Source: Octopus vulgaris
Taxonomy: Eukaryota
Direction of reading: 5' to 3'
Assembly: GCA_951406725.2 (NCBI GenBank)
Contig: OX597842.1
Location: forward strand, 29,016,001-29,080,000
DNA: 64,000 bases
The position numbers and the translations under genes are program-made. Shown in pieces: positions 52,011 through 64,000 of the stretch; the stretch's first letter is position 1, and the number at the start of each line of letters is the position of its first letter. The notes below the pieces were generated by a model. That model saw only the letters and a list, made by a program, of their open reading frames with translations, was not told where the DNA came from and did not search any database.

Positions 52011-52791
52011 CATTGATCATAAAATAAACATCAAATTCGAGTCAATGACTTTATATATAACACCGTATCTCCAAACATTTCATCATATATAAATATTACC
52101 ATGGCTCTTAAACATACAGAGTATACATATATAAAAAAAACATATAAAGTAGACATAAAAATCATCAAAGGTAAAAAATATATATGTGAATAAAAATGCA
52201 GGTGTATAGAACGGCCTATCAAGAAGGTATATACAATCGACTAAGAATTCTAAAGCGTGTCATGCTACTAAAAATCCAAATAAAATATCGACTAAAAAGA
52301 AAAATTTTCTTACTCCCCTCAAATGAAAGAGTACGTGAAAAAAGTTTGTTTCATAAAACCCATGGTAGGTTAGAGTCCAGGAGCAAGAAGAGTTCCACAA
52401 AATCAAGTGAAACACACCTATGGCCATTTCAGGAGTTCATTGCCGCAGTTCGATTACGAGTTAAAGCGCATCTTGGCAATGACCCCCACATCATGATGAA
52501 CAGGAATCTCAACAAATTCTTTGTTTAGTCGATTGATATTTTATTTTAGTTTATTTGGATTTTTAGCAGCAAGACACGCTTTAGAATTTTTAGCCAATTG
52601 TATATACCTTCTTGATAGGCTGTTCTATATATCTGTGTTTTTATTCGTGTATATATTTTTTACCTTCTGTGTATTTTATATATGTATACTTTTTATGTTT
52701 AAGAGCCATGGTAATATTTATATATGATGAAATGTTACGGTGTTATATATAAAGTCGCTGACTCGAATTTGATGTTTGTTCTATGATCAAT
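52011..52791. repeat. Inverted repeat (about 280-bp arms, about 230-bp spacer)
   Basis: attgatcat..catcaaattcgagtca...cgactaaa mirrored by tttagtcg...tgactcgaatttgatg..atgatcaat. Confidence 0.8.
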
Positions 52792-52839
52792 ATTTATATA
52801 TATATAATGTATTTATATATATATATGCCCAGGAAAAAC

Positions 52840-53975
52840 CACTACAGATTTTCCTCCAGAGTTTTCTTGCGAATGGCAAGCTGCCAAGCAAACTTTAGAA
52901 GGGAATAATATGCCCAATCCATGAAGGAGGAAGCAGAGCAGGTGCCATAACTTATAGGCCTATGTCTCTGACTTCACACACAAGCAAAGTCATTCCTGGA
53001 AGAAAGTGACTTGCTGAGTGATAGCATGGTTTTCGACCAAGTAGGAGTTGCCTGACACAGCTCCTATAGCACAATGACTGGGTGCTGAAACAGTTACTTA
53101 ACAACTCAAATGTGGACGTAATATACTTTGCAAAAGCTTTTGATAAAGTTAATCATGATATGATATGCCACAAACTATGTGATCTTGGCAAAGGTGGAAA
53201 ACTTGGAGAATGATTACATGACTTTCTGAAAGACAGAAGTCAGGCAGTTGTAGCCAGTGGTACCACCTCAATGGTACCACAAATAGTGAGTGGTGTTCCA
53301 CAGGGAACTGTCTTAGGGTCACTGATTTTCATAGTGGCCCTCTCAGATATGCTCTCCGCTGCCCTGATACCCTTGCTAGCTACGGAGACGACACGAAATT
53401 TTTGCAGAAAATGCAAAACCGTAGTGATGTTGCATGCCTGCAGCAGTAGCTGGATGCAATTTACAGATGGTCTGAGGACAATAATATGCAGTTTAATGCT
53501 GGAAAATTTCAAGCCCTGCACTACCAGCACCCAAATTTGAACGGAAAACATACAGGGTATACTGGCCTAGTGGGAAATTACAATCACGTGTGTGATCTGG
53601 GTATCGACATGAGTGATGATACCTCTTTCCAAGTGCACTTTAACAAGATGACGACAAAGTGCAGATGGCTGGATGGATGGATCCTGAGAACCTTCAGAGC
53701 CAGGGACAAAGAAACCATGATGGTCCGCTGGAGGACATTTATCCTCAGCTGCCTGGACTACTGCTCCTAACAACGGTCACCCCACAGTGTAAAATTAACA
53801 GTGGACCTTGAAGCAATCCAGCGAAGCTACTAAAAGAATATCATCTCATTGCAACAGCTCAACTACTGGGGAAGGCTGAAACAGGTAAGACTTTACTCCC
53901 TAGAGTGAAGGTGGGGAAGATATGCAGTGATATACATCTGGAAGATCCTGGAAGGGATTGTACCAAATTTTGGCT
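52840..53975 (+). mobile_element. CR1/L2-like LINE reverse-transcriptase pseudogene
   Basis: YRPMSLTSH; FAKAFDKV; VSGVPQGTVLGSLIF; MQFNAGKFQAL; DLGIDM; LDYCS. Confidence 0.88.
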
Positions 53976-54016
53976 TATATATGACAAGATTTAAGACGAG
54001 AAAATTTTTTCTTTAC

Positions 54017-54225
54017 CTTGAATCAGAAGTTTTCAGTTGGATAAGTTTGAGTTTTAAGATTTTCAGCTGAGTAAGTTTGTTCGGAGTTTTAAAATTTGAG
54101 TTCTCTCGCTGAGTTCTCTCGCTGGTATGAATAAAATGATATTAGATTCATCAGTTTATATAATTGTAGTAAAAGGAAGTAAGTCGTCTCAGCCAATAAG
54201 GCTATTCATTGTGTTTTTCGCGGAA
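54017..54225 (-). promoter_or_regulatory. Candidate promoter and non-coding first exon of the ANK-RING-DD gene
   Basis: TATATAAA (54155-54162, minus) about 30 nt before an Inr-like TTCATAC near 54128; GGAAGT, CCAAT (54193) and TTTCGCGG (54216) upstream; CAAG|gtaaag donor at 54017; spliced leader places an in-frame TGA upstream of ATG 49762. Confidence 0.4.
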
Positions 54226-54498
54226 TTTTTTTATCTATATATTCTATCTTCCTTTTATTACGTTCACTCAATTTCATGCTACTCTAACTGACCTGAATTT
54301 CTGTGACCTTGGATGTTGTTTACAACTTATCCTCTCACAGTCTAATTCAATTCATTTAGTACACACACACACACACACACCTATGTATGGAGATTATATG
54401 AAGCCCACTTAAACCATGACAACTTGTTAAAATTTTTATCATTGGTTTTATTGGGCAACACCTATATGGAAACATGATCATACACACACACACACACA

Positions 54499-54548
<50 letters not shown>

Positions 54549-54999
54549 TTGTAAACATGTGTGGCCTAGTGATTACATTATGGCATTGCCGATCTTGTGT
54601 TCATGATTTCGAATCCCAGAGGGTGGTGCTTAGAAGTCCTCAGATGAATACCTCATTTCACATTGTTCCCGTCAACTGAGCTGTAAATAAATAACCCTGT
54701 GATCGACTGGTGCCCTGTTTCAGGAGAATATCATGATCTGTGTCGCTTATACACCTTAGTCCTCAGAATAACGTGAAGAATTGCAGTGTGACCAGCAGGG
54801 CACAGCAATGGATGATCATCTGGACACTACAGTGATTTATATATATATATATATATATATGTTTGTGACTGTATAAAATAGGTACAAGCGTGGCTGTGCA
54901 GTTAAGAGATTTCCTACTGCTATAGCAAAGGTTTCTGCATCAATTTTGTATGTTTTACTGTTAGTGTTAGTACAGTATTCTTTCTCAGTTCTATTTAAC

Positions 55000-55790
55000 C
55001 ATGATGCATTGAGGTTGAAATCCCTCTTTTCATTCCAAATTTTTCACCAGAATGATTGTAGAGTTTCTCGGGAGGGAACTTTCTTAATGGTAATGTTTTC
55101 CTTCCTTGTCTCTCTCTATAATGCTTGTGGGTTGGAAGCAAACTCACGATTGATATTGGCTTGTTCAAAAATTTGCATGTGATAGCAAAGTTTCTCGCTT
55201 GTCGTCCTGAGTTCATGTTTTAAAGATTTTTGAGAAGCCTAATTTCTGAAGATTGGTATTTAGGCAGTATGTTCCATATCCACAGGGCCCCAATAACTAC
55301 AGGTATAAGCCTGAACTTGTAATCTGGATAGATTAACTGCAGATTTCTCAATAGTTCAATGTAGGTATTCTCTTTTTCACTCATCTTCAGATTTATGTTA
55401 ACATCTGTTGGGCAGCTAATTTCCACAACTCTACACAGTTTCTCTCCTCTATCCCAAATCATTATATCAGGTCTTTTGTGCTTACATTTTACTGAGGTCT
55501 TCACTGGGACATTCCACCAGTGGCTATGGTTTCTACTGTACTATGGGTTCTTATTTCTTTGTCCGCAGGGTTATCCTTGACAGATTTCATTATAGAGTGT
55601 CCTTGCTACAACATCATGTCTCATTGGTAGAGAACCGTGATGACATTTTTGGACAATGACGTGTGATGTGGCTGATATCGTCAGTGTTAATTCCACAAAG
55701 TAGGTGTCGGTTGCCATATTTTACTGCTTCTCCTGCATCTCTACCCCTTTTGCGCATCAGATTGATATTTCCTGGAGGTAGTTACCTGGC
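55000..55790 (-). mobile_element. R4/Dong-like (RLE) LINE C-terminal fragment
   Basis: Zn-knuckle remnant, HDVVAR, then KRPDIMIWD..VVEISCP..KENTY.EL..IPVVIGAL restriction-like endonuclease. Confidence 0.8.
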
Positions 55791-55889
55791 TATTGGTCCA
55801 TGATAGACTGCTTTGATGATCAATGTTACTATCATCTCTGAGCTTTTTACTAACATACTATGTACATATGTGTGTACTATGTATATATG

Positions 55890-55923
<34 letters not shown>

Positions 55924-55961
55924 TGTGTGTGTATGTGTGTGTGTGTGTGTATATATATATG

Positions 55962-56019
<58 letters not shown>

Positions 56020-57197
56020 CACACACATATATCGGGTCATCCCATAAATAATGGAGTTTTTTTATGCTTCTTTTATTTTCCAAAATTACGATAAGCAAAG
56101 TTGTATTTTAATCTAAAATATACCCTCCTTCATTTTCTACAATGCTCTTCTCCGTCTATCTAATCCAAGGGGAATTTCACTGTAAGACTACCTTTCTCTT
56201 TATAAATGTCCCAAAAATGTCACACTGCCTTGGCTTTGTTGTCTCACTTTATTCAACATATACATACTCACACACGACCCGCGTTGGACCCCCTCGCTCA
56301 TACTATTATTGAACCGGGAGTCTAACAGTGGTCCTCCTGTAGCACCTACATAGCCTTACCTGCCATTTAGGTCTTCTGGATACCAAGACCTCTCAAATTG
56401 TGTGTGTATATATGAATGTATGCATGTATATAGAGATAGATTACACTGGTGGATTTGTGGAACGGGTAAATTGCTGCTCAAGGTGATGGGTAAGTTATTT
56501 TTTATTAAAAATAACTAATTGGTGAACCTTTTAACTCCACCTCGTGGATACAATCTGGATGACCATATATTATTTTGTCCATGGCCACATTGGTGCCTCC
56601 GAGTTATCCATTTGGTACTTGTGAGACAGCTGGAAGCATCTGAGCAGATATGCAAGGCTTTTGCACCCTCTCTTCTAATGGCCCTTGCATTCATTTAAAA
56701 GACCTTTCCTTGCTTTAAGATGTGGAGCATTTTTAAGAAGGCTTCCAGATGTCTGAAGAACTCTGACTACCCCACCTACTCTGAAGTATAAAGGAACGGT
56801 CCCTTGAACGAATGGCTTACACCACTGGTCATGTCCAGCACTACCAACGTATCTACTATGTCCTGGTTGATGGTATGAGATCCAGTCCTCTCTGAATTAA
56901 CACAATTACTCCACGACCCATTACCAGAAGTCTTGGAGATGTATAAACCTGTAGCCACTCAAGATGGTCACGAATGCTGGTCTGCCTGATAGCCACAACC
57001 TCCAGTACTCTGGAGTAGGTGTTCCAACTTCCAAGGTAGCCATGTGCCTTCACACTGTCTATTCTGAATATGATCATAATTGATAAGAGAGGATGAGGGT
57101 GAAAAGAAAAACCCTGTTTCTGTGGAGAAACAAGTATTCTGTCCCTCTGGTGATTTGTGGTTGTATCTACAATTATTTCTTTATAGAAACTTTCATT

Positions 57198-58380
57198 ACA
57201 CCCGCTCAGGTAGGTGGCCCTGCTCGATTTGTAGAAAAGGTGTAGGTAGAAACTCCATAAGATGTACCCAGTGTAAACTATCGACACATAAGAGGTGCAG
57301 CAACATCAAAGGAAGGTTGACCATAAAGATAGCTTCCATGTGAGGCAGATGCACGGGGGCAATAGACAGCACAGATACTCAGAAAACAGATTCCATCACA
57401 CTCCAGGGCAAGAAACTAGAAGTAGTAGATAGCTTCCACTACCTACGTGTGCAAGTTAGTAGTGGGGGTGGATGCTCAGAGAGCGTCACCACTAGAATAA
57501 GAATAGCCTGGGCAAAGTTTAGAAAGCTCCTACCCGTACTGGCGACAAAGGGTCTCTCGCTCAGAGTGAAAGGTAGATTGTACGATGCATGTGTGCGAAT
57601 TGCCATGCTTTACAGCAGTGAAACATGGGCTGTGATTATGGAGGACGTGTAGGCTTGAAAGAAATGAAGCTAGCATGATCCGCTGGATGTGTAATGTCAG
57701 TGTGCATGCACGACAGAGTGTAAGCGTCCTGAGAGAAATGTTGGAGATAAGAAGCATCGGATATGGCGTACAGGAGAGACATTTGTATTGGTATGGTCAT
57801 GTACTACGGATGGATAAGGAAAGATGTGTGAAGAAGTGCCACTCCCAAACTAGGGTAGAGGTAGACCCAGGAAGACATGGTAAAAAGTGGTCAAGCATGA
57901 CCTTCGAATGTTGGGCCTCACACAGGCAATGACAAAAGACCAAGACCTCTGGAGATATGCTGTGACTGCGAAGACCTGACAAATAAAGTGAATTCATGGC
58001 TTGCAGGACGGCCTGCTGTGCTTACCTTGGATCGTAGGGTGACCTGCAGTGCTCGAGGAGACCAACTGAGTCAAGTACATCAACATCAAAATAAAAATCA
58101 AATGGAAATTGTAGTTCGGATACCCATGCCAGTGGCACGTAAAAAGCACCAACCGATCGTGGACATTGCCACCCTCCTCTGGCACCTGTGCCGGTGGAAC
58201 GTAAATTCACCACAAAACTCATGGAGTGGTTGGCGTTAGGAAGAGCATCCAGCTGTAGAAACACTGCCAGATCAGACAGTTTGACAGGGGTCTGGGAAGC
58301 TGATCCTGGCTTCCCAGACCCCGGTTGATCCGTCTAACCAATGCTAGCATGGAAAACGGACGATACACGATGATGATGAT
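57198..58380 (+). mobile_element. RTE-clade LINE, 5'-truncated second copy of the same family
   Basis: SGRWPCSICRKGVGRNSIRCTQC..RIRIAWAKFRKL with stops and frameshifts; same 3'UTR and (GAT)n tail. Confidence 0.92.
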
Positions 58381-60818
58381 ATATACATAAGCATATACAT
58401 GTGCATGCAGTATGTGCATGTAACAATCATAGACTAATGCACATATATATGCATATAAAGTATTTGTGCATAAAGCATGCTAATTAATTAGTGAAAGAAA
58501 GTAAGGCAGTGCCCATAGCCTACACAAGGCCTCAAAACCTGAGAAAGAGAATTAGATGAGATAAACAGGAACAGTATATTACTGCTACTTAATATTTTCA
58601 ACCAGTGGTGGGATAGTGTGAAAAGTTAACCCAAAGAGTATGTCATGGGTGGAGTGTCTTTGATTCTACGTTTGAAGGACCTGGGCTGAATTGTGACTAA
58701 ACAGCTACAACTACTCCAAAACTGACCTTTCCTTGCAAAAAGGACCACCACTATCACCATGACCCCAACCACCATCACTTCTGCAACCTATACCATCACC
58801 ACCACCACCACCACCACCACCTGCATCATCAACACTACTACAACCACAACAACAACCAACCTACACATTTCTGCTCAGACCAACTCTGTGATTTATTTAA
58901 ATGCCTTGTGTTGGGCCCTTAATGGGATCAGTGCAGTTCCCAGGTAAGGTAGCTATATCTAGTAGATTATCTAATGACCCTGAAAGAATTTGACTTCAGC
59001 TGGATTTGATCTCAGAACATAGAGAACCGCAACAATTATTGCAAAGCTGTCAATTGGCTATCGTGAAGACCCGATAGAAAAAGGAGCTAAACCTCACTCA
59101 GCTCACGCCTTACTCTTATAAGAAAGAAAGGCTATTGTAGATAATGTAATTTCAACATTACTCATAGACAAAAGACAGGATGGTCACGGCTAGAACGTCT
59201 TTAAGCAAATGATTTCTGGATTAGAAATGATCTGGAAGCTGGACAACAACATCTAAAATTAGAACTCATTAGAATTAAATGTTCAGTAGAGATAGCACAA
59301 GAGGTAGACGTGGCCGCATTTCCCGCGACACACATCGAACCCGTGCTCTATGGTGTCAGCTTGATGCAGTCATATGTATATCAGGGACAATATATGTGTG
59401 GCTGCAATTCAGCCATTTGATCAGATAACTGGAAGAGAGGGCAACAACAATAACAATGCCAACAATATCAAATACACACACACACACACAAAACACCACC
59501 ACCACCAGCAACAAGATAATCATCGTTAATTTTAGAGAGGATCACTTTTCTTATATTATCGAGAATAATGAACAGACCTGGCGTAATTTCATATCGTCAA
59601 CCAATACTGCCACACCTGAGATGTTAGTCACGTTGTGATTGAGAAATCGGTCAACATAAATATTACTTTACACACTCTGCTATCATATTTTCTTATGCAA
59701 CAATCAATTTCTATCCTGTTTCTTTATTTTGAGTTCGTTTCAAATATTTTAAGAATTTTTATCCTGATTTCAAATGTCGGACAGAACACTGAATCGGAAA
59801 ACTGATACGTCTAAAACTGGTGGTGCATATGTATGTGTGTATATATGTGTATGTATGTGTGTTTGCATGCATGTATGAATCTGCATGTATGTGCAGATGT
59901 ATTTATGCATGCATGTATATATGTATGTGTGTGTGTATGTTTGTATGTATGTGTGTAGGTATGTGTTTGTAAGCATGCAAATATATATGTATGTATGTAT
60001 GCATGCATGGATGCATGCATATATGGATGCATGCATATATGGATGCATGCATGCATGTATGTATGCATGTATGTATGTATGTATGTATGTGCATATGTAT
60101 GTATGCATGTATGAATGTATGTATGTATGCATGCATGTATGTGTGTATACATGTATGTATGTATGCATGCATGTATATATGTATGTATGTCTGTATGTAT
60201 GCATGTATGTATGTCTATGTGTATGTGTTTGTAAGTATGCAAATATATATGTATGTATATATTTACGTATGTCTGTCTGTATGTTAGGTCACTTACAAGG
60301 CTCTCATAAGTGCTGCTGGTAACATGGAATCCAGTACAACCAGTTGCATGGTTGGGTTGTCAGGACTAAACTGGCAACCCCACCTGGATATCCAGATGAG
60401 GAGCAACAAAATTAAAAACAAGACCTGTTGAAAGGTTGGATGAACGGCTGTCTAGCAATAGCAGCTGAAAAGGCTGGAATTAATTCCAATTTTAATAAAA
60501 TGTTGTAGTGCGAAACAATTGTACCAAATTACCGGAGTCATTCTTTGTACTTACTTTTGATTATAATCACCCCATAAATTTTTAGGGATAACACCATACA
60601 AAATTCTGGTGCATCTAAATTAAATACCATATTCATTTGAATCTATATTGTTGCTGAATATATATATATATATATACATATATCTGTGTATATATGTATA
60701 TATATATATGTCTATATATATATATACATATATATATACATACATATATATACATATATACACACATATATGTATATATACATATATATATATACATATA
60801 TGTGTGTGTATATATATA

Positions 60819-60862
<44 letters not shown>

Positions 60863-60912
60863 CATATATATATATGTGTATATATATATATACACATACA
60901 TATATATATATG

Positions 60913-61074
<162 letters not shown>

Positions 61075-61086
61075 TGGAGTAAGCAC

Positions 61087-61133
61087 AAAACTGTCTGACA
61101 AACGGGAACGTGAAACTCTGAGTAACAGCTTTT
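61087..61133 (+). ncRNA. Variant hammerhead motif of a sister subfamily (core G8 to A)
   Basis: ctgt-CTGACAA-ACG(GGAA)CGT-GAAA-CTC(T)GAG-TA-acag; changes fall in loops or restore stem II. Confidence 0.6.
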
Positions 61134-61160
61134 GTTATATTTCTTCTGCTTTTAAATAAA

Positions 61161-61194
<34 letters not shown>

Positions 61195-61221
61195 TTTATG
61201 TTAAGCAGCAGAAAATTCAAC

Positions 61222-61269
61222 AAAATCTGTTACTCTGAGTTTCTCGTTGCCGTTCATCAGACAGTTTTT
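61222..61269 (-). ncRNA. Minimal type I hammerhead ribozyme motif (inverted-arm copy)
   Basis: Reverse complement of 63334-63381. Confidence 0.72.
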
Positions 61270-63333
61270 GCTAGAATGGAGCTGATATATCAATTCAATC
61301 TAGACTCTTACAAACGCTACACCTTTAAAAAGAAATGGACTTGTTTGATTGGCCCTTTAGAAAAAAACGGTCAATCTTCGAGCGATAAACAAAAAGGTCA
61401 AAAATATATGTATATATATAAAAAAGCTTATAAAAAATTATAAAATCCGAGGAAAAAACCTTACATTGAATAAAATACATATTGACATTAATGAAGAAAG
61501 TATAAATTAATTCATAGGAATTAAACCTGTTATAAATATTACACTGCAATACATATTTTTATTAAAATGTGCATATATATATCAACATACACAAAAAGGA
61601 TGCGCGCCAACGCCATACATATACAGACGTATGAATATAAATCTAAATATACACATAAATGCATGTGTACATATATTCACGCAAAACCATCTCGCACGCA
61701 AGTTAAAAATCATGTATGTAGCGATTCTCATATACTGAGTAAGGGGGGAACGAAAGAAAAGAAGAGAGAGAAAAAGGAACGAAGGAGGGGTGGGGAAAAA
61801 AACGAAATAAGAAAAAATTATGTATACAATCTGTGTAACGGCGTTATTGGCATATATGGAGACAAGTATACAAACAAGTTCGTATGGATACATATATACA
61901 GTCGTGTATATGTGTGCTTAAGCACAAACATACTCTCACTTACACATACACAGATACGCATGCTTACAAATACATATCCTCGGCTATACACATACTTATA
62001 TCAACATTTTAATTTTGACAACATTGCTTTTTTTGAAAATAACATTGCTTTTTTTAAAAGAATGGGTGCATTAATAAAAATATATACGAAAGACATATAA
62101 AATAAAATATAACACCCTATTTTGGATCATTTATAAATAATCAAGGTAATATAAATAATCAAGGTAATCCTATACAAGAAGTGAGCTAATGAACTTATGT
62201 AGGCACGCGGCTAAATTTAAAATGTCGAATATAAATATACCATATGGATAGAGTATATATTTTGTATTTTTGATCTTTGAAATTTTGATTTTGACTCTTG
62301 AACGATGAGCGCTACAATGGATTTTGTTTTCCAAGCTATGCGGATCTTAATCCGTATAGCAAAGTCTTGTGTTTCTACATATACATCAGGAAAAAACCTT
62401 CGACCCTGTTTTCAGGTTACTGTATTGTATAGGATTACCTTGATTATTTATATTACCTTGATTATTTATAAATGATCCAAAATAGGGTGTTATATTTTAT
62501 TTTATATGTCTTTCGTATATATTTTTATTAATGCACCCATTCTTTTAAAAAAAGCAATGTTTTTTTCAAAAAAAGCAATGTTGTCAAAATTAAAATGTTG
62601 ATATAAGTATGTGTATAGCCGAGGATATGTATTTGTAAGCATGCGTATCTGTGTATGTGTAAGTGAGAGTATGTTTGTGCTTAAGCACACATATACACGA
62701 CTGTATATATGTATCCATACGAACTTGTTTGTATACTTGTCTCCATATATGCCAATAACGCCGTTACACAGATTGTATACATAATTTTTTCTTATTTCGT
62801 TTTTTTCCCCACCCCTCCTTCGTTCCTTTTTCTCTCTCTTCTTTTCTTTCGTTCCCCCCCTTACTCAGTATATGAGAATCGCTACATACATGATTTTTAA
62901 CTTGCGTGCGAGATGGTTTTGCGTGAATATATGTACACATGCATTTATGTGTATATTTAGATTTATATTCATACGTCTGTATATGTATGGCGTTGGCGCG
63001 CATCCTTTTTGTGTATGTTGATATATATATGCACATTTTAATAAAAATATGTATTGCAGTGTAATATTTATAACAGGTTTAATTCCTATGAATTAATTTA
63101 TACTTTCTTCATTAATGTCAATATGTATTTTATTCAATGTAAGGTTTTTTCCTCGGATTTTATAATTTTTTATAAGCTTTTTTATATATATACATATATT
63201 TTTGACCTTTTTGTTTATCGCTCGAAGATTGACCGTTTTTTTCTAAAGGGCCAATCAAACAAGTCCATTTCTTTTTAAAGGTGTAGCGTTTGTAAGAGTC
63301 TAGATTGAATTGATATATCAGTTCCATTCTAGC

Positions 63334-63381
63334 AAAAACTGTCTGATGAACGGCAACGAGAAACTCAGAGTAACAGATTTT
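63334..63381 (+). ncRNA. Minimal type I hammerhead ribozyme motif
   Basis: ctgt-CTGATGA-aCG(GCAA)CGa-GAAA-CTC(A)GAG-TA-acag: stem I CTGT/ACAG, GNRA-capped short stem II, stem III ACTC/GAGT, GUA site. Confidence 0.72.
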
Positions 63382-63480
63382 GTTGAATTTTCTGCTGCTT
63401 AAAATAAAGCATATTACTCTACCACTGGTATTTGAGTACTCTTTCTTCCATCTTGTTTCACATTTATGTGTTTACTCCGG

Positions 63481-63532
<52 letters not shown>

Positions 63533-63579
63533 GAGAGAGAGAGAGAATGGGTGAGAGAGAGAAATTGTGAAGTGGGAGG

Positions 63580-63870
63580 GAGAGAGAAGGAAACAATGAT
63601 AATCCGTGAGTTGGGGGTGTAAAGAAGGTTTTCCGAAATTAAGGGAACCAAAGTTTCGGGCTTTAATGACTATCAATAGATAGTGTGTCTTGTGTTTGCT
63701 TCAGACCAAATAAATTCAGATTTATGGATTAGATAATGACTCTAGACCGAAATACAATCATAATACTCTCCAAGGAGATTGTTGAAGGCATGCTGCCCTA
63801 ACTGCTGTTCACTGATGAAAACAAATTTCACATTGAATAGACTGTGAACCAGCAAAATGGCCAGCCTTGG
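63580..63870 (+). mobile_element. Decayed Tc1/maT-like transposase fragment
   Basis: LLFTDENKFHIE*TVNQQN resembles the first catalytic-Asp motif. Confidence 0.4.
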
Positions 63871-64000
63871 AGTGTACCTGGATCCATCGGGGTTCGATTG
63901 GTAATTTGATGTCAAAATCCACTCGGATATTCCCCTCGTTATTTTGAGATATATTGTATTGAAGTTCGTTTTGGGATTCTTGTGTTGTTTTTTATGTATG

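Larger units (their letters stand above)
61194..63481 (+). mobile_element. Young 5'-truncated Penelope-like retroelement with ~985-bp inverted arms (61194-62177 / 62425-63409)
   Basis: Near-identical inverted repeat (mirror ORFs in the track); spacer begins RSELMNLCRHAAKFKMSN, resembling PLE ORF C-termini; hammerhead motif in each arm; flanked by (TA)n. Confidence 0.8.

Noticed and set aside
61567-63278. Duplicated 177/103/74-aa ORFs on opposite strands
   Set aside because: Mirror products of the inverted repeat in low-complexity UTR-like sequence; no domain motifs.

Overview
Eukaryotic, intron-rich DNA with dense microsatellites and SINEs. Repeat content suggests an octopus-type cephalopod (inference). 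Most ORFs in the track are (TA)n/(CA)n artefacts. One spliced protein-coding gene is reconstructed on the minus strand (ATG 49762 to TGA 22274, up to 12 phase-consistent GT-AG coding exons, about 603 aa). It encodes about 10-11 ankyrin repeats, one C3HC4 RING and a C-terminal Death domain, resembling the C-terminal half of Mind bomb (MIB1/MIB2) fused to a Death domain. The first Death-domain exon is triplicated into symmetric phase-1 cassettes, and one exon carries a recent 102-nt ankyrin triplication. The second theme is a set of palindromic Penelope-like element (PLE) remnants inserted in (TA)n and carrying minimal type I hammerhead ribozyme motifs, including a roughly 2.3-kb copy with nearly identical ~985-bp inverted arms (61194-63481). 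The rest is RTE, CR1/L2 and RLE-type LINE fragments, tRNA-derived SINEs, Tc1/mariner, Merlin and hAT remnants, and decayed C2H2 zinc-finger arrays. All calls were made by eye; no database search was run.
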